Origin: a virus
IMG/VR virus record: IMGVR_UViG_3300045988_079613
DNA: 64,000 nt
Direction: 5' to 3' (one strand)
In this document: in pieces, positions 1-11,200 of the stretch
How the letters are laid out: each line of letters begins with the position of its first letter
How positions within the stretch are numbered: the stretch's first letter is position 1
The notes under the pieces: generated by a model
Seen by the model: the letters and a program-made list of their open reading frames with translations, nothing else
What the model was told of the DNA's origin: nothing
Databases searched by the model: none
Translations under genes and position numbers: made by a program

Positions 1-1
1 T

Positions 2-187
2 GAAGCTGGAGTTAAATATCTTCGTAAAATGAGCCTTAAAACAGGTTTAGAAGGATTACTAGTCCATAAAAAATTTAAAGCAAAAGATATATCTGATGCG
101 ATTAAAGCAAATGGATTTGAGAAAGTAAAAAAATGGTTATATGAAGAAATAGAAAAAACAAGGTAGAGTTCGAAACGCAACCCCTAA
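2..187 (+). CDS. 3' end of an unidentified gene entering from the window edge (partial)
   Basis: Open frame from position 2 (..KKWLYEEIEKTR). The first standard stop is TAG at 164-166 and the next is TAA at 185-187. End placed at TAA on the assumption that TAG is sense, as elsewhere in the window. Confidence 0.35.
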
Positions 188-521
188 TGAATATGAAGGA
201 ATTAAATTTCGAAGCAAACTTGAAACCTATACATACAAAAAGCTGAAAGAAGCAAATATCCTAGCAGATTATGAAATGCATAGGTATGAGCTACTTCCAG
301 CTTTTACTTTTAACAATAAAAAATATAGAGCAATAACCTATTTACCAGACTTTGTTGGTAAAGGTTTTATAATTGAATGTAAAGGCTTTCCTAATGAAGC
401 TTGGCCTTTGCGTGAAAAGCTATTTAACTATTATTTGTACACACATGAGCCTAAGACAGCGTTCTATGTAGTACATACACAGAAACAAGTTGATGAGTTA
501 ATCAACAAGTTAAAAACATAA
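141..521 (+). CDS. DUF1064-like PD-(D/E)XK nuclease (Holliday-junction-resolvase-like)
   Basis: Track ORF 276..521 starts mid-domain. The same frame is open upstream to ATG 141 and encodes NEYEGIKFRSKLE..YRAITYLPDF..ECKG, which resembles the DUF1064 layout. One in-frame TAG at 150-152 (codon 4) and no other start codon upstream of 276. Ends in TAA. Confidence 0.6.
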
Positions 522-523
522 AA

Positions 524-1372
524 ATGAATATTATGGCAGAATTTATTAAGATCGGAAATGAGATTACAGTTAAACCTAAGTTAGAAGGTATTTCTTATGA
601 ACTCATAAGTAACAAAGTATACGATCTAGAGTATGATAGAATGCAAGGTAGATCTTATCTCAAAGAAAATGGAGATTTGAATATGCCAAAGAAATTATAC
701 AAACTAGAAGAAGATAATAAATTTATTAAACGTGTATTAAGTTATTTTAATTCTGATAATTCTGGAAAGACAACCGGTATATTACTTGCAGGTACTAAAG
801 GTACAGGCAAAACAATGCTCTCTAAACGTATTGCCTTAGAAAGTAATTTACCTATTATTATAGTAGCAAACGACTACCCTGCTAATAAACTTACTAGTTT
901 CTTTAAACATTTTACTACTCCTGTAGTAGTTATGTTTGATGAGATTGAAAAAAATACTTATTGGTGGGAAACTAAGGATCTGTTAGGATTCTTAGACGGT
1001 GTAGAAGCTACATCTAAAAAACTGGTATTGATGACCTGTAACAAAACAGATCAGATAGACGATAACTTCTTTGATCGTTGTTCACGTGTTCGTTATTTTA
1101 AAGAATATGAAGCAAACTCTAATTCTGTATTTGTACGCTGTATAGCAGAAGATAAAGGAATAAAGAATATAGATGAAGTTGTGAATTTCATCGTTGAACA
1201 TATAGAAGTTAAATCATTTGATAATATTTCAGCATTCTTAGATGAAGTTGTTCTCTTCGAAGATATTCCATTAGACAAATTAGCTAAAGATATGAATCTT
1301 AGCTTAAATGGAGTAATAAGAACAGGAACTAATATTTCTGATGAGGATGAAATAAATGAAGTTCTATTCTAA
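524..1372 (+). CDS. AAA+/P-loop ATPase
   Basis: Walker A GTKGTGKT and Walker B VVVMFDEIE. 282 aa, uninterrupted, TAA stop. Confidence 0.8.
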   Translation: MNIMAEFIKIGNEITVKPKLEGISYELISNKVYDLEYDRMQGRSYLKENGDLNMPKKLYKLEEDNKFIKRVLSYFNSDNSGKTTGILLAGTKGTGKTMLSKRIALESNLPIIIVANDYPANKLTSFFKHFTTPVVVMFDEIEKNTYWWETKDLLGFLDGVEATSKKLVLMTCNKTDQIDDNFFDRCSRVRYFKEYEANSNSVFVRCIAEDKGIKNIDEVVNFIVEHIEVKSFDNISAFLDEVVLFEDIPLDKLAKDMNLSLNGVIRTGTNISDEDEINEVLF

Positions 1373-1423
1373 TGATACTATTTTATTCAATACTTATTTA
1401 TAAACTTACTAAATTCTTACAAT

Positions 1424-2299
1424 ATGAAAATATGTGGAATTAGTGATATACATGGGAATCTTTATAATGAGATTCCTAAATGTGATGTATTGTGCATTTG
1501 TGGTGATATAGTTCCTTTAAACATTCAGAGAGATATGAAAGAATCTGATAAATGGTTTACTGAAGACTTTACTAAATGGATAAATAATTTACCGTGTAAT
1601 AAAGTAATAATAGTACCTGGGAATCATGATTTCTATCTTGAAAGAATGTATATTGAAGGAACATGGGACGTAGTTAAAGCACTTATGAGAGCTATAACTA
1701 ATGATAAAGTAGAAATGCTTATTGATGAGTCTTATACTTATAAAGGAGTTAGTTTCTACGGAACGCCATGGATAAACCCTATTTTGTTTCAGCAAGGAAG
1801 GTGGGCATTTGAATTACAAGATAATGAACTATATAATAAGATACCAAAATGTGATATACTAATTACTCATGATAATCCTAATTATAATAACGCATTAGGT
1901 TATTATACTTTTGGTAAAGCCAAAGTTCATTTATTTGGACATTGGCATGAAGGAGTATCTAATAAAAATCACAGAAAATATAACTGTTCTATACTAGATA
2001 ATAGTTATAACTTTAAAAAGGATTTAAATATAGTAACATTAGATTTTATGACACAAGAAGGAATTGCATTAAAAACTGAATTTATAGAGTATTTAAGACT
2101 TGTTATAAAAGACTATTTTAAACTAAATGGAAATAAACCTCTTACTCTAGAAGAGTGTAATACTTTTCTTGATATGCAGAAAGAGTTTATAGAAGCTCTA
2201 GAAGAAGACAATAACGAATGGGATACTTCTGGGAGTTTCTGTAGTGATTATAATGAGGAAGAAGATACTCCTAAATTAGAATTAGAAGAAGCAGCATGA
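1424..2299 (+). CDS. Calcineurin-like metallophosphatase
   Basis: Motifs ISDIHGN, GDIV, GNHD and GHWH in canonical order. TGA stop overlaps the next ATG (ATGA). Confidence 0.85.
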   Translation: MKICGISDIHGNLYNEIPKCDVLCICGDIVPLNIQRDMKESDKWFTEDFTKWINNLPCNKVIIVPGNHDFYLERMYIEGTWDVVKALMRAITNDKVEMLIDESYTYKGVSFYGTPWINPILFQQGRWAFELQDNELYNKIPKCDILITHDNPNYNNALGYYTFGKAKVHLFGHWHEGVSNKNHRKYNCSILDNSYNFKKDLNIVTLDFMTQEGIALKTEFIEYLRLVIKDYFKLNGNKPLTLEECNTFLDMQKEFIEALEEDNNEWDTSGSFCSDYNEEEDTPKLELEEAA

Positions 2300-3267
2300 A
2301 AATAGAAATTCCGTATTATGAAGATAACACGCGAATATCAAATTCAGCAATAGGGTGGTTCTTGAAAAAAGGACCACGTTACCTCAAGGATATGCTTGAC
2401 GGTAAAGAAGAAGGTATAAGTGGAAAATATCTTGAAAAAGGTACTATGATACACATGTACTTACTTCAGCCAGATGAATTCTGGCATAATTATATGATTA
2501 TTGACTATGAGAAGCCTAAAACAGCACAGCAGATTGCATTTTGTGAACGTTATTTTCATTCTACAGAATTATTAGAAGAAGATAAATTACTAGATGCATA
2601 TAAATCTGCATACTCTGGCAATAATATGTCTAAAGATGCAATGTTAAAGAAAGCAAAAGAGTTACAACTCAAGTTTGCAGAGTATATTGAATTTCTAGAC
2701 AAAAATCAAACATTTACAGTAATATCATTTGCTGATTTAAATATGCTTAAACGAATAGAAGAGAATATTAATAATCACAAAAAAGCAAAAGATTTACTTA
2801 CAAATAATCCTGGTTGGGACTGTAATAATGAGTTTCATATAAACTGGGAATCAGAAAAACAGAAGATATCTTGTAAGTCCTTATTAGACAGAGTTAAAAT
2901 TGATTTTGTTAATAAGAAGATAATCCTTATAGACTTAAAAACTACAGCAGATGTTTATAATTTTAAGCACTCTGTAGAAGAATATGACTACTATAGACAA
3001 ATTGCATTCTATATTTTAGCTCTTACATGGTATATGTCTGATCTAGGATATAATATAGAGGAGTTTGACTTAGAAGCATACATTATTGCAATTCAAAGCA
3101 ATGGTAATAATGAAGTAAGAGTATTTAATATGTTAAACGAAAAAGAGTTATTGGACCGTAAAGACCTAATAGCAGATACTTTAACAGAAATTTCATACCA
3201 TTATCAGACAGGAAATTGGGACCATACTCGTGAATATTACGAAGGAAATGGAACTGAAGAACTATAA
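2296..3267 (+). CDS. PD-(D/E)XK (RecB/Cas4-like) nuclease
   Basis: IDLKTT..EEYDYYRQIAFY core (D-x-K ... Q-x-x-x-Y). 323 aa, TAA stop. Confidence 0.7.
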   Translation: MKIEIPYYEDNTRISNSAIGWFLKKGPRYLKDMLDGKEEGISGKYLEKGTMIHMYLLQPDEFWHNYMIIDYEKPKTAQQIAFCERYFHSTELLEEDKLLDAYKSAYSGNNMSKDAMLKKAKELQLKFAEYIEFLDKNQTFTVISFADLNMLKRIEENINNHKKAKDLLTNNPGWDCNNEFHINWESEKQKISCKSLLDRVKIDFVNKKIILIDLKTTADVYNFKHSVEEYDYYRQIAFYILALTWYMSDLGYNIEEFDLEAYIIAIQSNGNNEVRVFNMLNEKELLDRKDLIADTLTEISYHYQTGNWDHTREYYEGNGTEEL

Positions 3268-3415
3268 AAATCTAAAACAATTAAAAGGCTCTGATGAGAG
3301 CGCTATTGAAGCTATGTATAATAATATTATTGTTGATAATACTGAAGAAGAAGCAAAGTATTCTGCAGTAGAAGTAGATGAAGGGACTTGTGTAGAAGAT
3401 GGAATTGACGCCTGA
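3248..3415 (+). CDS. Small acidic hypothetical protein
   Basis: ATG at 3248 inside track ORF 3230..3415. Overlaps both neighbours by about 20 nt. TGA stop. Confidence 0.35.
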   Translation: MELKNYKNLKQLKGSDESAIEAMYNNIIVDNTEEEAKYSAVEVDEGTCVEDGIDA

Positions 3416-3818
3416 AGTAATTCTACTATCTCCTAGAGTATTAAGTAAAAGGAAACCCTTAGAACATAAGTCATTTAAAGGACTATATACTAGTCTTTAC
3501 GACGAATATTCTAAGGGTTTTATTTATTTAGACTACGTATTCAACAATATTGAAGAAGAAAAAGATATCGAAGGTTGGCTTACTTGTGAAAAAACGTATT
3601 TTAATAAGAGAATTTTCAATATTAATTCAAGTAAACATACTATATTTACTTTAAAATCTGAAGATAGTAGAGAACTAGAAGATTATAAACAAACTGGTAA
3701 TCTAGGTTTTGGAATAACAGATTGGTATCCTATCTTTCAGTTTTGGGGAGATAGAACAAAAGATATAAAAGATACTGTTTATAATACGATAACAGATTTA
3801 AATAATAGGTTTGAATAA
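3399..3818 (+). CDS. Hypothetical protein
   Basis: 139-aa ORF with a TAA stop, followed directly by the terminator hairpin. Confidence 0.5.
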   Translation: MELTPEVILLSPRVLSKRKPLEHKSFKGLYTSLYDEYSKGFIYLDYVFNNIEEEKDIEGWLTCEKTYFNKRIFNINSSKHTIFTLKSEDSRELEDYKQTGNLGFGITDWYPIFQFWGDRTKDIKDTVYNTITDLNNRFE

Positions 3819-3823
3819 GAAAA

Positions 3824-3853
3824 GGGCTGTTGTGAAACAGCCCTATCTTTTTA
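3824..3853. terminator. Bidirectional rho-independent terminator between convergent modules
   Basis: Hairpin GGGCTGTT-GTGA-AACAGCCC (3824-3843), flanked by a T-run on the plus strand (3847-3852) and an A-rich tract upstream (T-rich on the minus strand). Confidence 0.7.
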
Positions 3854-6800
3854 TTCTCCAAGTATCTATTTTTTGTAATAATTTCTTTTACTTTGTATAT
3901 CTTTTAATTCCTATATATTCCTAAATGGAGTAAGTTTTAAAAGGTTGCGCTCTTGTTCAGTCCATCCTTTATAAGCACCTCGCTTAATAGTAGCATCATA
4001 ATAAGTTTCTTTTAACCACCAGTACTTAATCCTTTCATATAATAAACTAACAGGATTAGAGAATAATTCAAACATATTACTAACATAGTCTGTAATAGCA
4101 GAAGGTGACTTGATAATAGATGCCATATCCAGAAGATTATATGGAGCTAATGTTTCAAATTGCGATCTTATTATAGTATATGCCAGTAGTTGTTTAATGA
4201 TGTTTTTCTTGTCGTCGTCCGCTGACTGCTCTAATAGCGGTCTAAGAAACCAAACAAGGCCTCCATATAATATACCTTCAAAGACCAATCTAGCCAAATT
4301 TTCTCTTACTAGAGGATCTTCTTGATTAAGTCTTTTATAAGTCTTAATTACGTTTTCATTGTTTTCTATAGCATTATCAAATAATCTTACTACAGTTTTG
4401 AATACTCCTTCTCTGTATCTCTAAGCTTGATAATCCCATTGTCTTGTCATTAACCATCTCTCTTGTAAAACAACCGGTAAATATTGTCTGTGCATCATAA
4501 CAAACTATCCTGCCCAATTAGCCAAAATCACAGGCTTTTGTAAAGAAGTAAGCTACCCATCGGCTGATTGTGCTAGAGTTTTGGCAATATAAGCTATTTT
4601 ATTCATAGCCTCATCTACTGCTTTCTAGTTTGTTTTATCTTTTGCTACCATTTTACCACCTACAAATTCTACAGCATCATAGAATGAAGTTTTATTTCCT
4701 AGATTCCAATCCATGTAATCGCCGGGAGCATAAGTAGGAAGTTTATGTTTTCTTTTATATTCCTCTCTACTCATAAAAATTTTTTTACCGCCTTCTTCTA
4801 CTAGCTTAAAATTATGCATAACAGAAGCAAGAATCTATCCTTTTACTACATGATCCATTAATGAATATGGACCGAATGCCCAATGTTTAGTGACAGCATT
4901 AACTAATTGCATTCTGTTTGTAGCATTTGGATTAATTTCTGCACCTATTTCGAAAAGTTCCATAGCTTGAGTTATGAATGTTTTTTTCCTAGAAACTCCC
5001 AGAACGTTCGATATAGCAAAAAATGAATCTGCTACAATATCAAAGAACGCATGACCAGCATCTATAGGATTGTAATATCTTTGTATTAACATATTTGTAA
5101 TATGCTAATGTAAAGCTGTATAAGCCCCTGTTAACGCACAAGCAAGATTTAAACCTAGATTTCTAAGAGTACCTAACATCTTAAGTATAGATAACATTTT
5201 TGTAATGTTAATTTCTCTTGGTTTACTTATATCATAAGTAAGTCCAAAAACATTGCCTTTATACGGAATCAAGCCTAATACTTTTCCAGTAGGGTTATCT
5301 CCATATCTTACACTAACGTCTTGAGTTTTTATATCATACAAATTCATGTCTATAAAGTTTTTAACGAATTTGTATGTATTACTGTTTCCGGTTTTTTCCT
5401 CTCCTCTTTTGTTAGTGTATTTAATACCTTGTACGTATCTTTTTAATATTTCTATTCTAGGTTGTATTTGAGTTTTATTTTTCCAACTTTCACACGACTT
5501 ATAGAACTATATTACTGAACCAACTAAATCCGCAGTTAAATACTCAGGATTATCTAATCTTTTAAGATAATATTGAGGTATTACATTTAATCTTTCTCCA
5601 TTAGGTTTAGTGAGAGCTCTATTAAAACCAACATCATCGTTTCTACATGATATAAGATCTTTCCAATAATCAATAAACCCTTTAAATGCTCCAGATATAT
5701 AATTTCTTTTCCAACCTGCATGTATATATTTTAACAAACTACCAGATTTCTGTGGAACCCTATAAGGATAAGTCTTATGCAGGTTAGTTAACTTATCGTT
5801 AGATTCTTTTATAGTATCTAAGATAGCTTGTCTAAGATTCTTTAGAGCCTCATTATTCATTACTTTATGATAATTCTTACTATTATCATAAGACTCAACT
5901 ATTTTACCATCTTCTATTACTTTAGATTTTGGTATCCAGTATTCATTCTATAAGTCTGGGTACTTTTCCTAAGTCTCATAGTAAGATTTGTTATAGAATT
6001 TGGATTCTTTAGATACCTCTAGCCAGTTACTATTAGGAGCATATTCTATCAAACTTTTATCCTTTGGTACTACTTTTGTATACCATGCTTTTGGATTTTT
6101 AATGTCATAAGCATTAGCTTTTAGCCACATTTCAGCAGATTCTGGATCTTCTAATACTACATTATAGTAATACTTTTTAAGATCCCTATACCACTGTTCT
6201 GTTGGTATTGTCTCTGCAATGTCCTCAAATTTGGCATCTCCTTCTTGTATTTCAACTTTTTTGTTTTTTCTAATGATAGACATCTATCTAGACAATCTTT
6301 GTATAGCAGCTTTAGAATTAGCTGACATATGATCTATGTCTATATTACCCGTCATATCATCCCTATGTTGATTTAATATAGATCTGCGCCTTTCTTGTAG
6401 TTCTGCGTATACAGGACCGTAATATTTTTTTTCTAGCTTTTCTAGTTTCTGATAAAACTCATCTTTATAGCGTACTTGAGAATTTCGTTCTAACCATTTC
6501 TGTTTTTGTTCTTTTGTCAGATTTGGATCAGCCATAATTTTAGCTTTTTCCTCCTCATATGCTTTACTATTCTTAGTCATAGTAAGACCTTCAGATAACT
6601 TCTTATTCAGTTCCTATAATTCTTCAGCTATTTTAAGCTTCTCTCCTTGCTTTTTAATACCTGTAGTATCATATAAACTAGCCAGTTGTTTTTTCTCAAG
6701 TAAATAAGCTCTATATGTGTTATATTCCTTATCGCTAAGTCTATCTAGATGTGCTATACCAGCAGAATCTCTAGTTTTATCTACTAGCTGTCGTATTTTT

Positions 6801-8272
6801 AATTGAATCTCCTCTCTAGCTGCTACCGTACCTTCACTTAAATGATTAAACATATCATAATACTCTCTAGTATATCTTCTATCTGTATGTTTAGATAACC
6901 ATTCATTTCTTCTCTTATTATACTCAATACGCAGCTATCTATTTTCTGGAGCTTTTATATCAGTAAGATCTACACCTAATTCTGATGCTATTTTTTTCAT
7001 AGCATCTGCATAGTTCTTTTCAAATTTACCATAGTTTCTAGCTCGTACTATATAACCAGTAGTATTACCATCATCATCTACTTCAAATAACATTCTCTGA
7101 TTATATTTTCCAGCTTTACTAAGTAAATCCTCAAGTTTTCTTATAACCTGGTAAGTATTTCTATTTGTTTCTTCTTCTGCTTTATTGATTAAGTAGAATA
7201 TTGTCTTAATAGAATCATTGTTTATCTTATCACCAGCACCTATATAGTATGTAAGCCAAGCTATATCTCTCTAAGATGGTGATGGATTAGACATTGAATA
7301 GTCATAGATAGTTGAGGACTTTACTTCTAGACCTACTTGCTTTAAATTCTATCTAGCATTATCAGCTATTTTACCTTTTACTATAGAATAACCATCAGTA
7401 AGCATAGCTTGGTAGTCTTTAGCTCTTTTAAGCATTCTATCAAGTATATATTCACCACTACTATCTTTTCCTATTATTTCTCTGTAGTTGTCTTTATATA
7501 TTAATTGACTTACTATCTCATCTACTATATCATTATAGAAACCAAAGAAGTTCTGATCTAGATCATTCAACTTAGTATCATCTATGTCCAGTCCTTTTCT
7601 ACGGACATTAACGAGATATTCGAAGGTAGGTCGCAATTCAAATCTTAAATTAGCTAAAAATTCATTAATGTTATCTAAATCTGATTTAAGACCTTCACTA
7701 ATATTTGCAATTAGCCATTCTGATTCTTTTTTTATCTTAGTTCTAAGTTCTGCGTCAGGATTAGTATTTACTTTTAATCTTGACTATAAACCTTTCAGTA
7801 TCTTTACATTTATGTCTCTTAAAATACTATCTAGTTCTTCCTTTTCTTTAGAATTATAATTATCTTTTGTCTATTCTAATCCTATTTCTAAGTCATTGTA
7901 AGCCTAATCAACGCGTTCTCTTAAGTCTTTATCTGTGTCAAAAAAAGACTTAGCTTCTTCACTTAAAGAATCTTGTGATTGATACTCTAACACCTACTAA
8001 GCAGTTGGTTCTATAGTTAAATCTTTATAAGTATTCTTAAAACCAATTAAAAAAACTTTAGATTTTTCCCTGATAGCCATTTTAGAATCATTGTTAAAAT
8101 GACTTAAAAGATCCTAATATAACTTAGAATCTTTACCTTCACTATCAAACTCTAAGCCATAACCATTATTTTCAGATAAGACATAATAGGCAGCATCATA
8201 GCTACCTAATATGTCAGTATACTCTTTTAACTATGCCTTTATTTCAGGCAATTCTGTTCTTAAACACGTCAT
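3851..8272 (-). CDS. Giant virion-associated (possibly ejected cargo) protein, 1473 aa under TAG read-through
   Basis: Nine track ORFs (3911..4297 to 7349..7636) share one frame. The gaps contain only TAG (about 23 in-frame TAG). No TAA or TGA from TAA 3851-3853 up to ATG 8270-8272. Function is inferred only from size and position beside the RNAP-like gene. Confidence 0.65.
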
Positions 8273-11200
8273 GATTTCTTACAATGTTTTTTACGTTTTT
8301 TACCTTCTTCTTTAAGGTTATTCAGATACTCATTTACTTCTGTAATACCTGTTTCAGAGTCCTACAAGGATCCTATAATATCATCTACCAACTCTGTAGA
8401 ATCAAAATAGGATTCGTCAGGCATTGCATAATCTTCTCCAAATGTATCATTAGCTTCTTCAATTCCTCCTAACATTTGATCTATTTCACCAAAATCTTCT
8501 ATTGTAGTAGAATTATCCGAAGTATCTACAAAACTTAAAGAAGGATCGCTATCAATTGATTCTGGATCAGATTGTATTCCACTATCTCCAAATGATTCAA
8601 TTAATTCATTTTGAAGTTCTTGATCTAAATTGGAATACTCCTAAGTTTTACCAACTTCAATATTAGAATACTACTCATCCTTAACAAACTGAGAATCTTT
8701 AATAGTTTTAATATATTTATCTACTATACTATCTATATCCTCAACGGTTTGTTTGATCATTGTGTCTGTAAACTTGTTATTCTCGAATGCAGATTGTTCT
8801 GTACCATTTTTATATAACTCATATATAGAACTTGCTCCATTATTGAAACCTAACTTAGGTATAGCAACATATACAATGCCGATAGTATTACCGTCTGCAT
8901 CTACTATTTGTCCAGATCTCTGGTATAATACCGTATTAGTAGATCTAGAACCTCCTATTTTTACAAACTTATTATTCTTATTTATGTCTGATCTACCTAA
9001 TGCAATAAATACAGTATTCACAGAACTATTAGTACGGTCTTTAGAACTAGCTAGATACATTGTATTAGATTTAGATTCTTCTCCATATCTAACATCTACT
9101 TTTGGTATATACAATGGAACTACATCATTATCTGCCCAGTAATTTCTTACCATATTTAAATAGATAGAATCTGTTAGTTCTTCTAAAGTAGAAGCATCCT
9201 AAATTATATCTATATCATTCCTTATCAGTTTGTTCATTGCATCTTTTATAGAATCTAAATATCCAATCTATTGTTTGTATTCCATTGGAACTACATTAAA
9301 GAATGAATTAGGAGTTCTATTATCATAACTAGTAACAAATGCATATTTTACCAAATCTTCTGCCAACTCTCTGACCATTTCGTCATCATTTGTAAGAAGA
9401 TCGTAAAATGCTGACCTAAGTCTATCTTCATAATATCTCGAATTATTTAAAGAAGAAGTAGCAGTAACTATTTTGTTAGCTTTGTTTTTATTAGATATGG
9501 TAATACCTTGTAGATAATTTAATAAATCGTTAGTAATATTGCCCTATTCATCTACTAAAGTAACTAAATTAGGATCCTATTTATTCTTTCTAATATAATT
9601 CTTGACAGCATTAAGTCTGCTAGCTATATTGTCCTTACCAAATGCCATACTGTTTAACTGTTCATCAGACAATCTAATATCAGTACCAGCTATCACTACT
9701 TTAGCACGAATTATACTCTCTACTTTCTCATTTATTTTTTTCACTAATTCTTTATTACTAGTAGGTCTATATAACTATATAGAAAGAGAACCATTAACTT
9801 GCTATGGATAATTACCACCTCTTAAATTATGCATTATACTCGTGAATATAGTCTTATAACCATTGGTAGCTCCAAATACTTGAGTTTTAAGTATATTATT
9901 AGCTAAATCCATAGCATATACTAATTTCTTATTTAAGAACGTCTTATTAAAGTAGTCCTCAAGCCCATTAAGATCCTCTCTACCTTCAGTATCAGGAGTA
10001 GAGAAGTCCTGTTGATGGTCTTTTATAAATGTCTGATATGAATTATAAAAGTTCTATAATTGAGTAATGTTATTACCATACTTTTTAGTATCTATCTGAG
10101 AACGTTGAACTAAGTCTGCCATAGTTTGAGCATCTCCACTTAATTCATTATAAGCTGTAAGTACGATTAACTACATTTTAATATCCTGTGGAGTTACCTA
10201 GCCTCTTCTAAATGCATCTAATGTACGAGACAATCTATCCTTGTCAAATGCTAATTTTTTATCTTCATCTGTTATCTTAAGAATAGATTCCTTATAAGAC
10301 TATGATATAGGATAATTATTTAACATTTTAGTATATTTGTCTATCAGTCTACTAATTATAGTATTATCATACTACTGTTTAGATCCAATAGCACCATTAT
10401 TAGCAATCTTAATATTAGCAAATTCCTTTAATATAGGTTGAGCTAAGAAGAAGAACGTATTTTCTCCCTTTCCACCACGTAACAATAAACTAGTCATATT
10501 ATATGTTACTTGATTCACATTAAGTTTAATAATGTAAGGATCTTTAGCTACATCGACATGAGCATTAATCATTGCAGATAACCAGTCTAATATTTTGAAA
10601 CCATCCTGTCCATTGATTTCATCAAATTGACCAAGACCATAAATATTGTTATGTGAAAATTTCATATGTAGATGTGTGGCTTGAGTCAAGCAATGGTTAG
10701 TAGAGTTAAGAGCAAAAGGTGCTATACCAGCTTTACCCCAAGTATATTCCATCTTTCTATACTCTTGGAACGATGGCATTAATTCATACATATAATCTGC
10801 TTCTTTCATCTCATCTACACTTACTTTTGGAAGTATTTCCTTAGTAAGGATACCGGTTAATGTATCAATAGATGCTCTAGTTTCAGACAATGTTTTTTCA
10901 TCAGATATTACTAGCGTATAACTATCTAACAGTTTATTTATCAGAGCTCCTTTAGATTGGTCAGAATAGGTTTTAGCATCTTCTTTCCAAGTATATCTCT
11001 GATGCGTATTAGGATCATACGAATATGTAGCTATATACAATTTATCAATATCAAAGTCAGAACCAGTCATAGCAGTAAATTCATCAGGTACTACTATGGT
11101 ATCTCCGGTCTATGCTGGTAAAACATCAGCTACTATGAAAGAGAAAGTAGATGACAAACCCTGAGTAGGTATACGATAACCTATACCATATGGATCACTT

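Noticed and set aside
8753-9142. Plus-strand ORFs lying antisense to the giant genes (also 14183..14560, 15965..16219, 28741..29127, 41108..41404, 45312..45746, 49839..50150, 62184..62540 and others)
   Set aside because: These are shadow ORFs on the opposite strand of strongly supported minus-strand genes. They are low-complexity or Leu/Ser/Phe-rich, as expected for antisense reading of AT-rich coding DNA.
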